The notes beneath the pieces are model-generated. The model saw only the letters and a list, made by a program, of their open reading frames with translations. It did not search any database and had not been told where the DNA came from. 64,000 nucleotides of DNA, taken from positions 64,001 through 128,000 of the forward strand of contig CBDCTH010000004.1 in the NCBI GenBank assembly GCA_965222155.1, given 5' to 3'. Below are positions 34,262 to 45,350 of this stretch, piece by piece. The stretch comes from Gammaproteobacteria bacterium (GTDB taxonomy: Bacteria; Pseudomonadota; Gammaproteobacteria; Eutrophobiales; Eutrophobiaceae). Each line of letters begins with the position of its first letter. Position 1 is the first letter of the stretch. A program made the translations under genes and the position numbers.

Positions 34262-34807
34262 TTATTTGATGTAATTGTATAAAGTTGCCCTGGAGATTTT
34301 ATAACGTTCTGTAATGGTTTTGATGGGGATGGCCGGGTTCTGTTTTAAAGTTTTGATCTCAGTGATTTGCGCGGGAGTCAGGGCTTGTGGTCTGCCGCCG
34401 CCGCGGCCGCGCGCGCGGGCTGCTTTGAGGCCGGCCAGGGTGCGTTCGCGGATCAGTTCACGTTCGTATTCTGCCAGCGCGTCGACGACGTGGAACATGA
34501 GTTTGCCGGCAGGCGTGGTGGTATCGATATTTTCTTTCAGGATTTTGAAATGGATGGCTCTGTTTTCAAGATCCTGGAGTATTTTGATGAGGTGGCTGAG
34601 ACTGCGATCTAACCGGTCCAGGTGCCAGACGATGAGGATATCGGCGGCTCTGAGTACTTTCAGACACTGGTTAAGTTGCGGCCGATCGCGGTCTTTCCCA
34701 CTGGTAACATCCGTGTAGATCTGTTCGCACTGGGCGTTTTGCAGGGCGTCATGCTGTAATGCCAGGGATTGATCACCGGTGGATACCCGCGCATAACCTA
34801 TTTTCAT
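34262..34807 (-). CDS. Serine resolvase/invertase
   Basis: MKIGYARVST, LDRL, GKLMFHV, C-terminal HTH ISRATLY. Confidence 0.92.
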   Translation of the reverse strand: MKIGYARVSTGDQSLALQHDALQNAQCEQIYTDVTSGKDRDRPQLNQCLKVLRAADILIVWHLDRLDRSLSHLIKILQDLENRAIHFKILKENIDTTTPAGKLMFHVVDALAEYERELIRERTLAGLKAARARGRGGGRPQALTPAQITEIKTLKQNPAIPIKTITERYKISRATLYNYIK

Positions 34808-34871
34808 TTTCTGCCCGTTTTTTGTACGTTGATAAATATACGGGTTGTTAGACAAATGATCAAGCAACATC

Positions 34872-36244
34872 AGTATTTTCCAATATGAAATGAGCCTGAC
34901 ATAATCTGTGTTTCTGCTCATTGCGCCCATCCCCCTGCTCAACTCCATACAGAGCCTGCCCCCCTGCTTACAACCGCAGGGGCAGGCTCTGTATGGAGTT
35001 GAGCAGGGGGGTGGCCTTTGAGGTAGCCGGTGACAAACAGAGACGTTATGACTGGCTACGTCGGACACTGGTTAAATTCAACTATTCAGGCTGTGGTAAA
35101 GCGGACAAGGGGGTGCTGATACGTTACCTGATGAAGGTCAGCGGGTATTCCCGATCGCAAGTGAAGCGGCTGATTAAACACTACCGGGAGACCGGGCGGC
35201 TGGTGCCTCGGCAACGCACGATACGCGGCTTTGCCCGGCGCTATAGCAAGGCGGACATTCGCCTGCTGGCGGCCATGGACGAACGCCACAACACCCCCAA
35301 CGGGCTGACCTTGAAGAAGCTCTGTGAGCGCGCCTATGAGGTCTTCGGTCAGGCCGAGTATGCGCGCCTGGCCGGTATCTCGGTGTCCCACCTGTACAAC
35401 CTGCGCCAATCGCAGACCTACCGGCGTCAGCGGCACACGGTGGAGAAGACCCGTCCGGTCAACCGTGACATCGGCGAACGACGTAAGCCGCAGAGTGACG
35501 GTCAGCCGGGCACTATCCGTATCGATACCGTGCACCAGGGCGATGTAGACGGGGAAAAAGGCGTCTATCATATCAATGCGGTGGATGAGGTGACCCGGTT
35601 CGAGGTCGTGGTCAGTGTCGAGCGCATCAGCGAGGTGTATCTCATCCCGGCCCTGGAACACCTGCTGGAGGCCTTTCCGTTCGTGGTCCTGGGATTCCAT
35701 ACCGACAACGGCTCGGAATATATCAACCACCGGGTCGCCCGGCTGCTGGAGAAACTGCGCATCGAGTTCACCAAGTCCCGCGCCCGGCACAGCAACGACA
35801 ACGCCCTGGTGGAATGCAAGAACGGCCATGTCGTGCGCAAGCTCCTCGGCCATGCCCACATCCCGCAGCGCTGGGCCGGCCTGCTCAATGCCTTCCATCG
35901 CCAGCACCTCAATCCGTACGTCAACGACCACCGGCCCTGCCTGTTCCCGGTCACGGTCACCGATAAGACCGGGAAACAACGAAAATGCTATCCCTACGCG
36001 TCCCTGATGACCCCGTATGAGAAACTCAAATCCCTTACCGATGCAAAGACGCACTTGAAACCGGGCGTAAGCTTTGACAGACTGGACACCATCGCTTACC
36101 GGCTCCGCGACAACGCGGACGCCGAGGCCTTGCAACAGGCGCGCCGACAACTCTTTACGACCATTGATGAACAGGAGCAGAAACGGGCTTGAGATGGAGT
36201 CAGAATCTCTCTCTCTTCAGGCTCAGTCCGAATTGGAAAACACT
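34872..36244 (+). mobile_element. ISNCY-type element with rve transposase (5' part disrupted)
   Basis: Imperfect 28-bp IRs agtRttttccaat...tgagcctga; IDTVHQG, HTDNGSEY, NDNALVECKN. Confidence 0.8.
34929..35011. repeat. Long hairpin ccccctgctcaactccatacagagcctgcccc...ggggcaggctctgtatggagttgagcagggg
   Basis: ~32-bp arms; a shorter related unit is inserted in the IS5 transposase at ~22738-22768. Confidence 0.85.
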
Positions 36245-36437
36245 CCAGGTGCGCGGCAGTTACTGGACCGACCCGGGTTACAAGTTGAAGTACGACAAGC
36301 TGTACATCGAAACTATGAGTCCCTGGCTGGATATCAAACTGCTCTTCCTCTCCGTCTGGGTCGCTATCAAGCGCGTGCTCAACGGTTCGGATGTCTCCGT
36401 CATCAAAGAGGGTTCCGGGGAGAATCAAGCAAAATGA
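36245..36437 (+). pseudogene. 3' relic of sugar phosphotransferase (cassette copy 3)
   Basis: QVRGSYWTDPGYKLKYD... begins exactly at the ISNCY right end. Confidence 0.88.
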
Positions 36438-36598
36438 GAAGATACAGAATGGCAAGCTCGCCATACTATGCAAATGCCATTAAGCGCCGGGGAAGATCAA
36501 ACCGAATGAGAAGACGCAGGGCAGTCGGCCACTGTGCTCAATGTGCGCCATGATACTGAGCGCAAACACCACACTGAAGCAAGAGGAGAAAGACACCG

Positions 36599-37456
36599 GT
36601 GACTGAGCAGAAGCAGGACCGACAAGTCAGCGTTTCAATAGTCATCCTGACTTGGAATTCCGAGCGGCATATTATGGCCTGTCTGGCCTCCCTGGAGCAG
36701 GGCTTGCGCGCGTTCAGTTCCGAAGTCATCGTGGTTGACAACGGTTCGCGGGACTCAAGCTGCGCCGTCATCGAAAACAGCTGGCCCGGCGTGCGCCTGG
36801 TGCGTAACGCTGAAAACCGCGGCGTTGCCGCGGCCCGTAACCAGGGTATCCGCCTGGCCGGGGGGGACTATGTACTGGTCCTGGATGATGATACGGTCGT
36901 GCAGGCCGGTGCGCTTGACTGCCTGGCGCGTTATATGGAGGGCCGGCCCGAGGTCGGGCTGTGCGGGCCGAGACTGACCGGCGCCGACGGGGCATTGCAG
37001 TTGTCATGCCGGCAGTTTCCAACCTTGACGGATAAATTAGCCCGGCGTCTGCCCCCCTTCGCGGGCAGGAGGATGACTCAAACGGTAGAAATGGCGGACT
37101 GGGACCACCAGACGGTGCGCGCGGTGGATTACGTGATTGGCGCCTGCCAGATGATACGCCGGCGCGCCTTGCAGGAAGTGGGTCTGTTTGATGAACGCAT
37201 CTTTTACGGCCCGGAGGATATCGACATGTGCCTGCGGCTGCGACAGGCCGGCTGGCAGGTCGTGTACCACCCCGAGGCTGTGGTTATGCACAATGAGCGC
37301 CGGCTGACCCGATCGCTACGCTCCGGCCTGACCTGGAAACACCTGTGGGGACTCGGCTATTTTTTCCGTAAGCATGGCTACCTGCTGTCCCGCCGGCGGT
37401 TGTACGCGCAACTCCCCGAAGTCATGCGCCGGTCCGGCCCGGAGGTGGCGAATTGA
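36599..37456 (+). CDS. GT2 glycosyltransferase (copy 3)
   Basis: Paralog of 26961-27809. Confidence 0.9.
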   Translation: MTEQKQDRQVSVSIVILTWNSERHIMACLASLEQGLRAFSSEVIVVDNGSRDSSCAVIENSWPGVRLVRNAENRGVAAARNQGIRLAGGDYVLVLDDDTVVQAGALDCLARYMEGRPEVGLCGPRLTGADGALQLSCRQFPTLTDKLARRLPPFAGRRMTQTVEMADWDHQTVRAVDYVIGACQMIRRRALQEVGLFDERIFYGPEDIDMCLRLRQAGWQVVYHPEAVVMHNERRLTRSLRSGLTWKHLWGLGYFFRKHGYLLSRRRLYAQLPEVMRRSGPEVAN

Positions 37457-37495
37457 ATCTGCCCGGTCACGCGACAAAGTTAACGGCATATTGTT

Positions 37496-38248
37496 ATGGA
37501 TAAAGTATCCGTTGTCATACCTAGCTACAACTCCTCAGCGTACATCACGCGCGCCGTAGAATCTGCCCTGAACCAGACTTACGATAACCTGGAAGTGATC
37601 GTTTCCGATGACGCCTCCACCGACGACACCTGTGCCCTGGTGCGCAAGACAGACGACCCACGCGTCCGGTTGCTGGAACATACGGAGAAAAGCAGCGCCG
37701 CCTCCGTGCGGAATTCAGCCATAGACGCGGCGACCGGGCGCTATATCGCGTTTCTCGATTCAGACGATTACTGGTTGCCCGATAAACTGACTGTACAAAT
37801 CAGCAAAATGCAGGCGGCTTCAAAGAGCTTCTCCTATACCAGCTTTATAGCCAAATCGAAAACGGGGGAGGTATTGATTGACGTGCAGGAACAAGTGGAT
37901 TACAAGACCCTGTTGAAAGGAAATATAATCGGCGCCTCAACAGTCGTTTATGATGCCGGCGCGCTGGGCAAGATGTACATGCCGTTGTTGCCCATGACGG
38001 AAGATTACGCGACCTGGCTGAACATACTGAGGCAGTGCGGTTCAGGGCTGGGGATATGCGAACCGCTGACGTATTATACGATACGCAGCGGTTCACTGTC
38101 TTCGCGGTTTGTGGTGGCTGTGTATTTCAATTACCAGATGTATAGAAAAACGCAAGGTTTGTCGCCAGCCATGGCACTGTATTACCTGTCCCGGAATTCG
38201 CTGAGGGCGCTACGGAAACGAGCGCAGTATTTGACGAGTAATTTATAA
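37496..38248 (+). CDS. GT2 glycosyltransferase (TuaG-like)
   Basis: VSVVIPSYN, DDASTD, FLDSDD, EDYATW. Confidence 0.9.
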   Translation: MDKVSVVIPSYNSSAYITRAVESALNQTYDNLEVIVSDDASTDDTCALVRKTDDPRVRLLEHTEKSSAASVRNSAIDAATGRYIAFLDSDDYWLPDKLTVQISKMQAASKSFSYTSFIAKSKTGEVLIDVQEQVDYKTLLKGNIIGASTVVYDAGALGKMYMPLLPMTEDYATWLNILRQCGSGLGICEPLTYYTIRSGSLSSRFVVAVYFNYQMYRKTQGLSPAMALYYLSRNSLRALRKRAQYLTSNL

Positions 38249-38345
38249 ATGTTACGTCGGACGGGCTTCCCCGAATGACGCGCCGGGTTTCCGGTCTCGA
38301 TTCCGTGGCGCGCACTGAGCGATGATGTAACGGCATACCAGCAAA

Positions 38346-39533
38346 ATGTTAAACGTCCTCCACGTTACGGCCAGCATGTCGCCCACCTGGACCGGGCCTG
38401 CCTTTGCCGTGGCGGAACTCACTTCGGAGCTGTCCCGGCAAGGCGTGGGCTGCGAGATTGTCACGACCCGTGGCTACCGGGTGGGCAGCAACCCCATGTC
38501 CCCTCCCGGCGTGCCCGTGCACAGTTTCGACGCGGGGCTGCCGGCGCGCCTCTGGACCGCTTATGCGAAGGAATTGTCCCGCTTTATCGATGACAGGGCG
38601 GCCGACTATGACCTCATCCACGTCCACGAGGTATGGCATTACCCCGGCTACGTCGCTTTGCGCGCCGCCGCAAGACATCAACTCCCCTGCGTGCTGAGCC
38701 TCCACGGCGGACTCAGCCAGTGGGGCCTGCGGCAGAAGGCGCTGAAGAAACGCATCTACCGGTTTGTCCTGCAGGACCGGATGTTGCGCAATGCCGGTGT
38801 GTTGCATGCGATTACCCGCGCCGAACGGGAACAGCTCGCCCGGTTGGGCTTCGCAACCCCGACGGTGGTCATCCCGAACGGGGTAGTACCCGCCTCGTTC
38901 GAGGCGTTGCCGGAACCGGCTGCGCTGACGCGGCGCTTTCCGCCTTTGGCGGGAAAACGCGTTGTCCTGTTTTTGGGCCGGCTGCATCCTGTCAAGGGCC
39001 TGGACGTGCTGGTGCGCAGTTTCGCCACCATTGCCCGGCGTTTTGAAGACGCCGCGTTACTGCTCGCGGGGCCGGACAAGTTCGGAACCCGGCAATACCT
39101 GGAATCTGTCCTGCGTGAACTCGGCCTGCTGGACCGGGCAGTGTTTACCGGCATGCTGACGGGCAGGGACAAGCTGGCAGCCCTGAGTTGTGCCGAGCTC
39201 CTGGTGCTGTCGTCCCATACCGAGGCGCTGGGGATAGCCGCGCTGGAAGCGATGGCGGCGCGCCTGCCCGTGGTGGTCAGCGAAGGCTGCGGGTTCCCGG
39301 AAGTCGCCGAGCGCGGCGCCGGCCTGGTCGTGAAAACCGACGAGACGGCCATCGCCGAAGCGGTATGCAGGTTGCTGGCGGATGCCCCGCTTCGGCACCG
39401 TATGGGAGAGCAGGGGCGCAAACTGGTATGTGAAAGTTATACTTGGCAGATAACCGCGAATCAGATAACCAATCTATATAAGAGTCTTATGGCAGGCAAG
39501 CCGGTAAAAGGCAACTATGACTGTGACCCCTAA
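38346..39533 (+). CDS. GT4 glycosyltransferase (copy 3)
   Basis: Paralog of 16468-17637; stop codon lies in the IS1380-like end. Confidence 0.9.
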   Translation: MLNVLHVTASMSPTWTGPAFAVAELTSELSRQGVGCEIVTTRGYRVGSNPMSPPGVPVHSFDAGLPARLWTAYAKELSRFIDDRAADYDLIHVHEVWHYPGYVALRAAARHQLPCVLSLHGGLSQWGLRQKALKKRIYRFVLQDRMLRNAGVLHAITRAEREQLARLGFATPTVVIPNGVVPASFEALPEPAALTRRFPPLAGKRVVLFLGRLHPVKGLDVLVRSFATIARRFEDAALLLAGPDKFGTRQYLESVLRELGLLDRAVFTGMLTGRDKLAALSCAELLVLSSHTEALGIAALEAMAARLPVVVSEGCGFPEVAERGAGLVVKTDETAIAEAVCRLLADAPLRHRMGEQGRKLVCESYTWQITANQITNLYKSLMAGKPVKGNYDCDP

Positions 39534-39809
39534 TCCCGCATTAGAGATTTGAAACGGTCATTCAAGGCGCATTCTGTCTGTTTGCCAAATCAATCGAGTC
39601 TGACCCCATTGATTTCGGCCGCAGCAACTCAGCCACACACACCAAGCCGCCGCGCCCGGTCAATAAATCGTTGGTATTTGCGATTCTGTACGGTACGATT
39701 TGCATAAGCCTTGTCTGTTGCACCCAGCGGGTGATAGTCATTGATCGTACAACCTATTATACAGGCAAGGCTTTTTTGATTCCTGCACTTTCTAATGCGG
39801 GATTAGGGG
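39527..39809 (-). mobile_element. Internally deleted IS1380-like element
   Basis: Perfect 19-bp IRs cccctaatcccgcattaga; relic MQIVPYRIANTNDLLTGRGGLVCVAELL; REP-like aatcaatcgagtctgaccccattgatt at the deletion point. Confidence 0.65.
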
Positions 39810-39992
39810 GATGGATAGGTATTGACTTATGGAGCGAGTTGTGCATTAGTTATTATTGGTGATCTTTATTGTAATCCCTGGCGTTGGTATGCAGATCTCC
39901 AGTGAGACATCTGTTCAAATCGCGGCTTCAATTCGGTCAGGATATGGACATTTAGTACGTGATTTATCAATAGGACCTGAGGTAAACGAATA

Positions 39993-40175
39993 ATGAGATT
40001 CATTCATGCCGTCGATATCCACCTCGGCAGAGCCCTGCACGTCCTCGAGAGTGCTCCCGTTGAAGAAATCCGCGGCGCAACTCGCCGATCTTTCGACAAC
40101 CTGAACGAGCTTGCGGTTAGTGATGTGGAGATGGCGCAAACGGATATCGTAGGGATTTCGGCTATTACGCCTTAA
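39993..40175 (+). pseudogene. SbcD/Mre11-like metallophosphoesterase N-terminal relic
   Basis: MRFIHAVDIHLG...IRGATRRSFDNL, then an unrelated tail. Confidence 0.7.
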
Positions 40176-40321
40176 ATCGCCCTGTTGGCCGAGAGAAGCC
40201 GTCTGCGTCTCGGGCGTGAGGTGGGAGTGTGGATTTAAACCGTGCTAGTCTTGCCGGGTATTGATGACGTTACATACCCTTCTGACGGAGTTGAAACGGT
40301 AGCGAGTAGACTGGAGGTTTC

Positions 40322-40918
40322 TTGATGCCCCAACTACCCCATTGGCTGGAACAGTTACGCCGCACCGAAATCATACAGCGCGTAAAGAACGATCCTCGTT
40401 CCGGGCCAGAACAATACCTTGGAGTCAGTAGCTCGGATGCGACGCACGAAGTTGCCGGGTGGGGTCAGGCGGACTTCGACAAACCTTGGCGTCATCTGTC
40501 GCCTGATGACCGTGTCCTTCTTTACGCTTACTTCTTTCAGCTTGGGCACTTGGAAGAACTTGTCGAGGCGTTTGGTATGCTCTTTGCCAAAACCCGTCCT
40601 GCGGAACAACCCATTGTCGTCGATTTAGGTTGTGGACCGTTCACAGGCGGACTTGCTTTTGCCAGCGCACTTGGCTCCGAACAGCAATTTGATTATATCG
40701 GCGTGGACCGATCTGAGGCTATGCGCAGACTAGGCGAACGGCTCGCAATCGCCGCCGAACATCACAATACAGCACTTCAAATTGGTCGCCAATGGGCATC
40801 CGACATCTCCTCGATTTCCTGGCATCAACCACTGACTTGGCATCCGGTATTTGTCATTGTGTCGTACCTTCTGGCTAGCCCGACGGTGGACGTGGTGGGC
40901 ACCACGTATAGTAGCTAG
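40322..40918 (+). CDS. Class I SAM-dependent methyltransferase-like protein, probably truncated
   Basis: VVDLGCGPFTGG, YIGVDRS. Confidence 0.7.
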   Translation: MMPQLPHWLEQLRRTEIIQRVKNDPRSGPEQYLGVSSSDATHEVAGWGQADFDKPWRHLSPDDRVLLYAYFFQLGHLEELVEAFGMLFAKTRPAEQPIVVDLGCGPFTGGLAFASALGSEQQFDYIGVDRSEAMRRLGERLAIAAEHHNTALQIGRQWASDISSISWHQPLTWHPVFVIVSYLLASPTVDVVGTTYSS

Positions 40919-41110
40919 AATCGAGGACTTCGATCACATACGCAACGCCATGAGAAATCATTGATAACGATGGTGAACACAATAACGGATTGGGATACCT
41001 GATAAGAATTGCAAGCGCCAACCTGTTCGGGTTATGATCACACGAAGCCGTCAAGATAGATACAATTATAGTGGACAGATGATATTGTATGGAATAATGA
41101 GCTTACGATC

Positions 41111-41965
41111 ATAAAAACGGTTGCAACAATCAATTTCAAAGGCGGCGTGGGCAAAACAACTGTTACTTGGTGTTTGGGAGACGTGCTTTCAACCTTTGGT
41201 AATTCTAATGTTCTTCTTTTTGACCTTGATGCTCAGATGTCGCTCACCCAGGCTATTGCTCTGGATGCTGATGGGTCCTCGTCAGGGAAATTTGATCAAT
41301 GGTATGAAAAGAGTATCAACAATCAAAGAAATATTTTCTCCGTTCTTCGCCGGCATTTGGAAGACGACCTGACGAAATTCGAACCTGATAACGGATTTGT
41401 CTACAGGTTAAAGAAAAACTATCACTTCGTTCCGTCAACCGAGCAATTGTATTGGCTTGAACTTGAAACCCCGGACCCTGGCAAAGGAAAGTTTTTCGTC
41501 AAAAACCTTCTGGGCCGAATCCAGAACTCCGGTAGTCTGCCGGAATATGACTACGTTCTATTTGATTGTCCGCCGTCATTTACGCTTCTGTCGTACAGCG
41601 TTCTTACGTGTTGCGACCTCATTCTTATTCCATTTAATCCGGATTTCTTTGCTGCTCGTGGTATCGGTTTGCTGATTGCCGGTTTGCGTCATCGAATACA
41701 ACCACACCCATTACCGCGGCTCGGAGTATTCGCAAATCGAGTGCGAACATACCGCCAACCTACAAGACTTGCGCGAGCTTGGATTAACGATGTTAAGGAA
41801 GCATGTAGACAGGCCAGTGATCAAAATAATCTTGATATCCGCTTTATGGATACTTGGATTCCTGACCGTACTTCGCTACGCGATGCCATAACGAATCGTA
41901 TGACGCCCACCGAACTTGTTCATGAGTTCAGGTCGCTCTGGTCCGAAGCGGAGAATATGCTATGA
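41111..41965 (+). CDS. ParA/Soj-family ATPase 1 (apparent ATA start)
   Basis: Frame extends upstream of the called GTG: KTVATINFKGGVGKTT; FDLDAQMSLT; FDCPP. Confidence 0.88.
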   Translation: MKTVATINFKGGVGKTTVTWCLGDVLSTFGNSNVLLFDLDAQMSLTQAIALDADGSSSGKFDQWYEKSINNQRNIFSVLRRHLEDDLTKFEPDNGFVYRLKKNYHFVPSTEQLYWLELETPDPGKGKFFVKNLLGRIQNSGSLPEYDYVLFDCPPSFTLLSYSVLTCCDLILIPFNPDFFAARGIGLLIAGLRHRIQPHPLPRLGVFANRVRTYRQPTRLARAWINDVKEACRQASDQNNLDIRFMDTWIPDRTSLRDAITNRMTPTELVHEFRSLWSEAENML

Positions 41966-42426
41966 GCATTGATAAGAAGATATATGCCGATAACCAGGAT
42001 GAACTGGAACTGCTTGTGCTTGAACTCTCGGAAGTCAAAGGTATCCTGCGAGAATTATCACAACAGGTGCTACGGGTAGAAAGACGGGTAAAAGCTGCAT
42101 TGCCTGCGTCTCAAAAGCCGTCAAAATCAAATCCTCGTCAGCGGCTTGATGAAAGCGCTGCGCGCCGTACCATCAGTCGTTTGAGGGAACGCGCCAGGGG
42201 CGGAGAGCAAATCGAAAACGAGCTCAGGAACATGAAGGTTAAGGACGAACTGGCAGTTATGGCCAGGGAACTGGGGATGACAAACGCGAAGTTACCGCCA
42301 AAGGATGATCTCATCCGCCGAATTTCGACCCGGCTTCGTCAAAGCGCATCGGTTGTAAGTAGTATCCATGAAGGGGTACGAGAGGACAGTGAAAGTCTTC
42401 CTGGTGAAGACCGGGTAGATACGTGA
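41962..42426 (+). CDS. ParA partner 1: coiled coil plus HeH/Rho-N-like C-terminal motif
   Basis: ATGA overlap; KDELAVMARELGMTNAKLPPKDDLIRRI. Confidence 0.7.
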   Translation: MSIDKKIYADNQDELELLVLELSEVKGILRELSQQVLRVERRVKAALPASQKPSKSNPRQRLDESAARRTISRLRERARGGEQIENELRNMKVKDELAVMARELGMTNAKLPPKDDLIRRISTRLRQSASVVSSIHEGVREDSESLPGEDRVDT

Positions 42427-42454
42427 GGCGATTATCGTAAATCCAAATCCAGCT

Positions 42455-42958
42455 ATGACTTGCCAAACCGGTGTAAACTTTTTATGGGGTATGGCATCAA
42501 CAGTCTTTGGAGGTGTGTTGCTTGCCATTCTCTTTTTTCTCTCAAGAGAAATATAGTTCCCGCTACCCAATGTAACTGGAAAATGGCATGTTGAAATGCG
42601 CACGTCCAAAACGGCTTACGAACCGTATGAAGGCATGGTATTGAGATATATAGCGATAGTCTGGCGCGAGGGCTCTGTTATCAAGGGTACCGTGGAGCAA
42701 GTCTATGAAAACTCTTCGACAGGCGAACGTGAATATGTGGGCAAGAACAGGACTCGTGGTCAGGTCGAGGGGCACATTGAGAAACGATATTTTTTGAAGA
42801 ACGGGGTGTCTCTACATATCGTTGAGGATGGTCACGGACGACAGTCAACATGTTTTTATGAACTTGTTGTATAGAGAAACGACCGTATGACAGGCACTTT
42901 TTTTGCGATGGCAGCAGCTTCTCAAGGTGAAGTAACTTGGCAACGAGAACCATTCTGA
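42455..42958 (+). pseudogene. TM plus beta-rich protein with two in-frame TAG stops
   Basis: MTC...GGVLLAILFFLSREI*FPLPNVTGKWHVEM...ELVV*RNDRMTGTF...WQREPF. Confidence 0.6.
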
Positions 42959-43151
42959 AAGTTGTATGCGGTTCAGGCGCGCCGGTTGGGATGAAAGAAT
43001 CTGAGTGGGAAGATCCCTTTGTAAAAGGTGGTCCTCAGGACCTGCTTGATCAGCTTATTTCGTCTGGTTTTCCATGGGGAATGTTGGGCAAAGAAAAACG
43101 GTTGGTTTTTTATGAACCCGCTGAAGCGTCTTGCTGGTGCAATTAAATTAA

Positions 43152-44302
43152 GGAAGCTCTGATTAAGCCCCGTTTTTAAAAATATTGTCTTGTTTCAGGC
43201 AAAACCGGCGTATAACAGACCTGACAACTACGCTTTTGCATCGCTGTGAAGCGATGTTCTCATTCCCGTCCAACCTGCAGACAGATTAATCCTCATGTCT
43301 CTGCCAATGCCTGCCTGACCAGGTAGAAGTTGGCCAGGGCGAACAGGGTAAACACCTGTGCCGCATTCTTCTCCAACCCCCGATAACGCACCTTCCGATA
43401 CCCCCATAGATGCTTGACCACGCCACAGGCATGTTCCACCCGGGAGCGGGGCCGATTACTCTTCCGGTTAAACGACCGGTCCGCGTTAACGTCAGTCGCT
43501 TGCCCCGTCTCGCCTTGCGGCTCACCCGCCCGTCAATGCCCCGGGCCAACGCCGCCTGCCGGCGTGCCGCATCGGCATACGCCTTGTCGCCGTAGATGAC
43601 GCCCTCCTCACCATGCAGACAGTCCGCCATCACCACCGAATCATGCACGACGGCATGCGTCACCACCACACTATGAACCCGTCCCTGCACATCACTGCCA
43701 CTAGGTGCCTTCATGCCAAAATACCAGGCATTCCCCTTTTTCGTCTGTTTCATTTCAGTGTCCCGTTTCCTGTCCCGTTTCTTCGTCGAACTCGGCGCAT
43801 TGATAATGCTGGCATCCACAATCGTCCCTGCACTCAGCAGCAAGCCTTGTTCCGACAGATAGCGCCGGGTCAGCCGAAACAACTCCGCCGTTAGCCGGTG
43901 ACGTGCCAGACAGTGCCGGAACTTCAAAATCGTGCTCTCAGCCGGCACCGACTCCAAATCCACCCCCGCAAACCGACGCATCGACTCCACGTCATACAAA
44001 CTGTCTGCCATCCCCGGGTCACTTAACCCATACCACTGTTGCAGAAAGTAAATCCGTAACATCACCGCCGCCGGAATGGGTTGCCGGCCCTGACCGGCTT
44101 TCGGATACTTCTTCAAGATCGGCTTCAGAAGCTCCTGCCAAGGCAATATCGCATCCATCTCCCCAAGAAACCGCTCTTTGCGTGTCGTTTTCTTCTTATG
44201 CTCATAGGCCAAGTCCGAAAAACTCGATTGTTTCATACGTGTTCCCCTGATGGTTTACTTTTGCCTATGATCTCATATTATGAAGACTTGATCAGAGTTT
44301 CC
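43152..44302 (-). mobile_element. IS5-family element, transposase frameshifted near the C-terminus
   Basis: IRs ggaaRctctgatYaag; TTAA target duplication; GTIVDAS, WYFGMK, YGDKAY. Confidence 0.92.
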
Positions 44303-44523
44303 TTAAACGTTATACCTATAATCCTTTAGATAATACCGAAACAGAATATCCTGGTTTGAGGTCTAGTATCTGTCAGTCATCTGCTTGATTGGCAAGCTCC
44401 ACAATGTGCAATGTGACCGATTCTGGAAGCCAGTGTGTGTGACCGTATTGACTAGCAGCCCAGTCAGCGGGTGGCCTTGTTTCACAATTAATGGTGCATG
44501 GTATGAAAGGACGCCGATGGGAG

Positions 44524-44958
44524 TCAATGGTCGTTTGTCTGATCATCCTTCTTATCCTTTTTGTTCGTTATCAGCTGTTCCAATTCAGACTCGATGGTTG
44601 TTACGATTTTCTCAGCCATATCATAGATTTTGCCGGCTTCAGCAGCATCAATAAGCTTGCCGCTATAGTCTGCCACAAGTCTTGCATTCTCTGTTTTAGA
44701 TAAATAATCCGATATATCTAAATCTACCATGCCGGCATTGACAATATGCCGGTGAAACTGGATATTCACCCCCTTGTGTGTTTTCGGAACAGCAAGCCCC
44801 CGCGCGATCAAAGCGCTGCAAACCGCATTATAGGCAGCATAATACGCACTTGTGCATGTATCGCGATAAAAACCGTTGTCCAGCGCAGAGCGTGATGCAC
44901 CGAGACGCTCATAGGCAAGCGCCATATATTGCTCAGGCGTTAATTGCTGTTCGTCCAC
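44524..44958 (-). CDS. HEPN-domain protein
   Basis: AYYAAY, PKTHKG, RLVADY. Confidence 0.85.
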   Translation of the reverse strand: MDEQQLTPEQYMALAYERLGASRSALDNGFYRDTCTSAYYAAYNAVCSALIARGLAVPKTHKGVNIQFHRHIVNAGMVDLDISDYLSKTENARLVADYSGKLIDAAEAGKIYDMAEKIVTTIESELEQLITNKKDKKDDQTNDH

Positions 44959-45350
44959 GTTATATCCACCCCGTCGGCCAGCACGTTGCGGTAGAAATCA
45001 GGATTGCGTTGTTTACTCGGTTGGCGCAGTTCGTCTTCCCAGACGACAAAGGCTTCCACGTACATCGGGTTGTCCATCCCCATCATGATTCTGGACCTGA
45101 CCACAGCCAATTGCATCATGAGATCAAAGAAGGTGCCATCGCCCGGATCTGAACCGGACAACACCACCGCGATATCCACGTCGCTGTCCGTCTGATGGTC
45201 GCCGCGGGCGCGGCTGCCGTACAGCAGCACCTTAGAGATGCTAGGCAACTCAAGATCATGAAGGCGAGTCATGAATAATTTAACGGCCTGTCTCGTGTCG
45301 GGAGACAGTACATCATCAGGCCTTGCAGCATTGGTCAGTGTTGTCTCCAT
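44940..45350 (-). CDS. Minimal nucleotidyltransferase (MNT)
   Basis: LYGSRARGD...SDVDIAV; overlaps the HEPN gene. Confidence 0.88.
   Translation of the reverse strand: METTLTNAARPDDVLSPDTRQAVKLFMTRLHDLELPSISKVLLYGSRARGDHQTDSDVDIAVVLSGSDPGDGTFFDLMMQLAVVRSRIMMGMDNPMYVEAFVVWEDELRQPSKQRNPDFYRNVLADGVDITWTNSN

Noticed and set aside
34808-35068. N-terminal extension of the resolvase ORF
   Set aside because: Reads through the IS end and hairpin; the family start is MKIGYARVS at 34807.
35086-36150. 354-aa minus-strand ORF and similar antisense ORFs over IS and GC-rich genes
   Set aside because: Shadow frames of recognisable genes.
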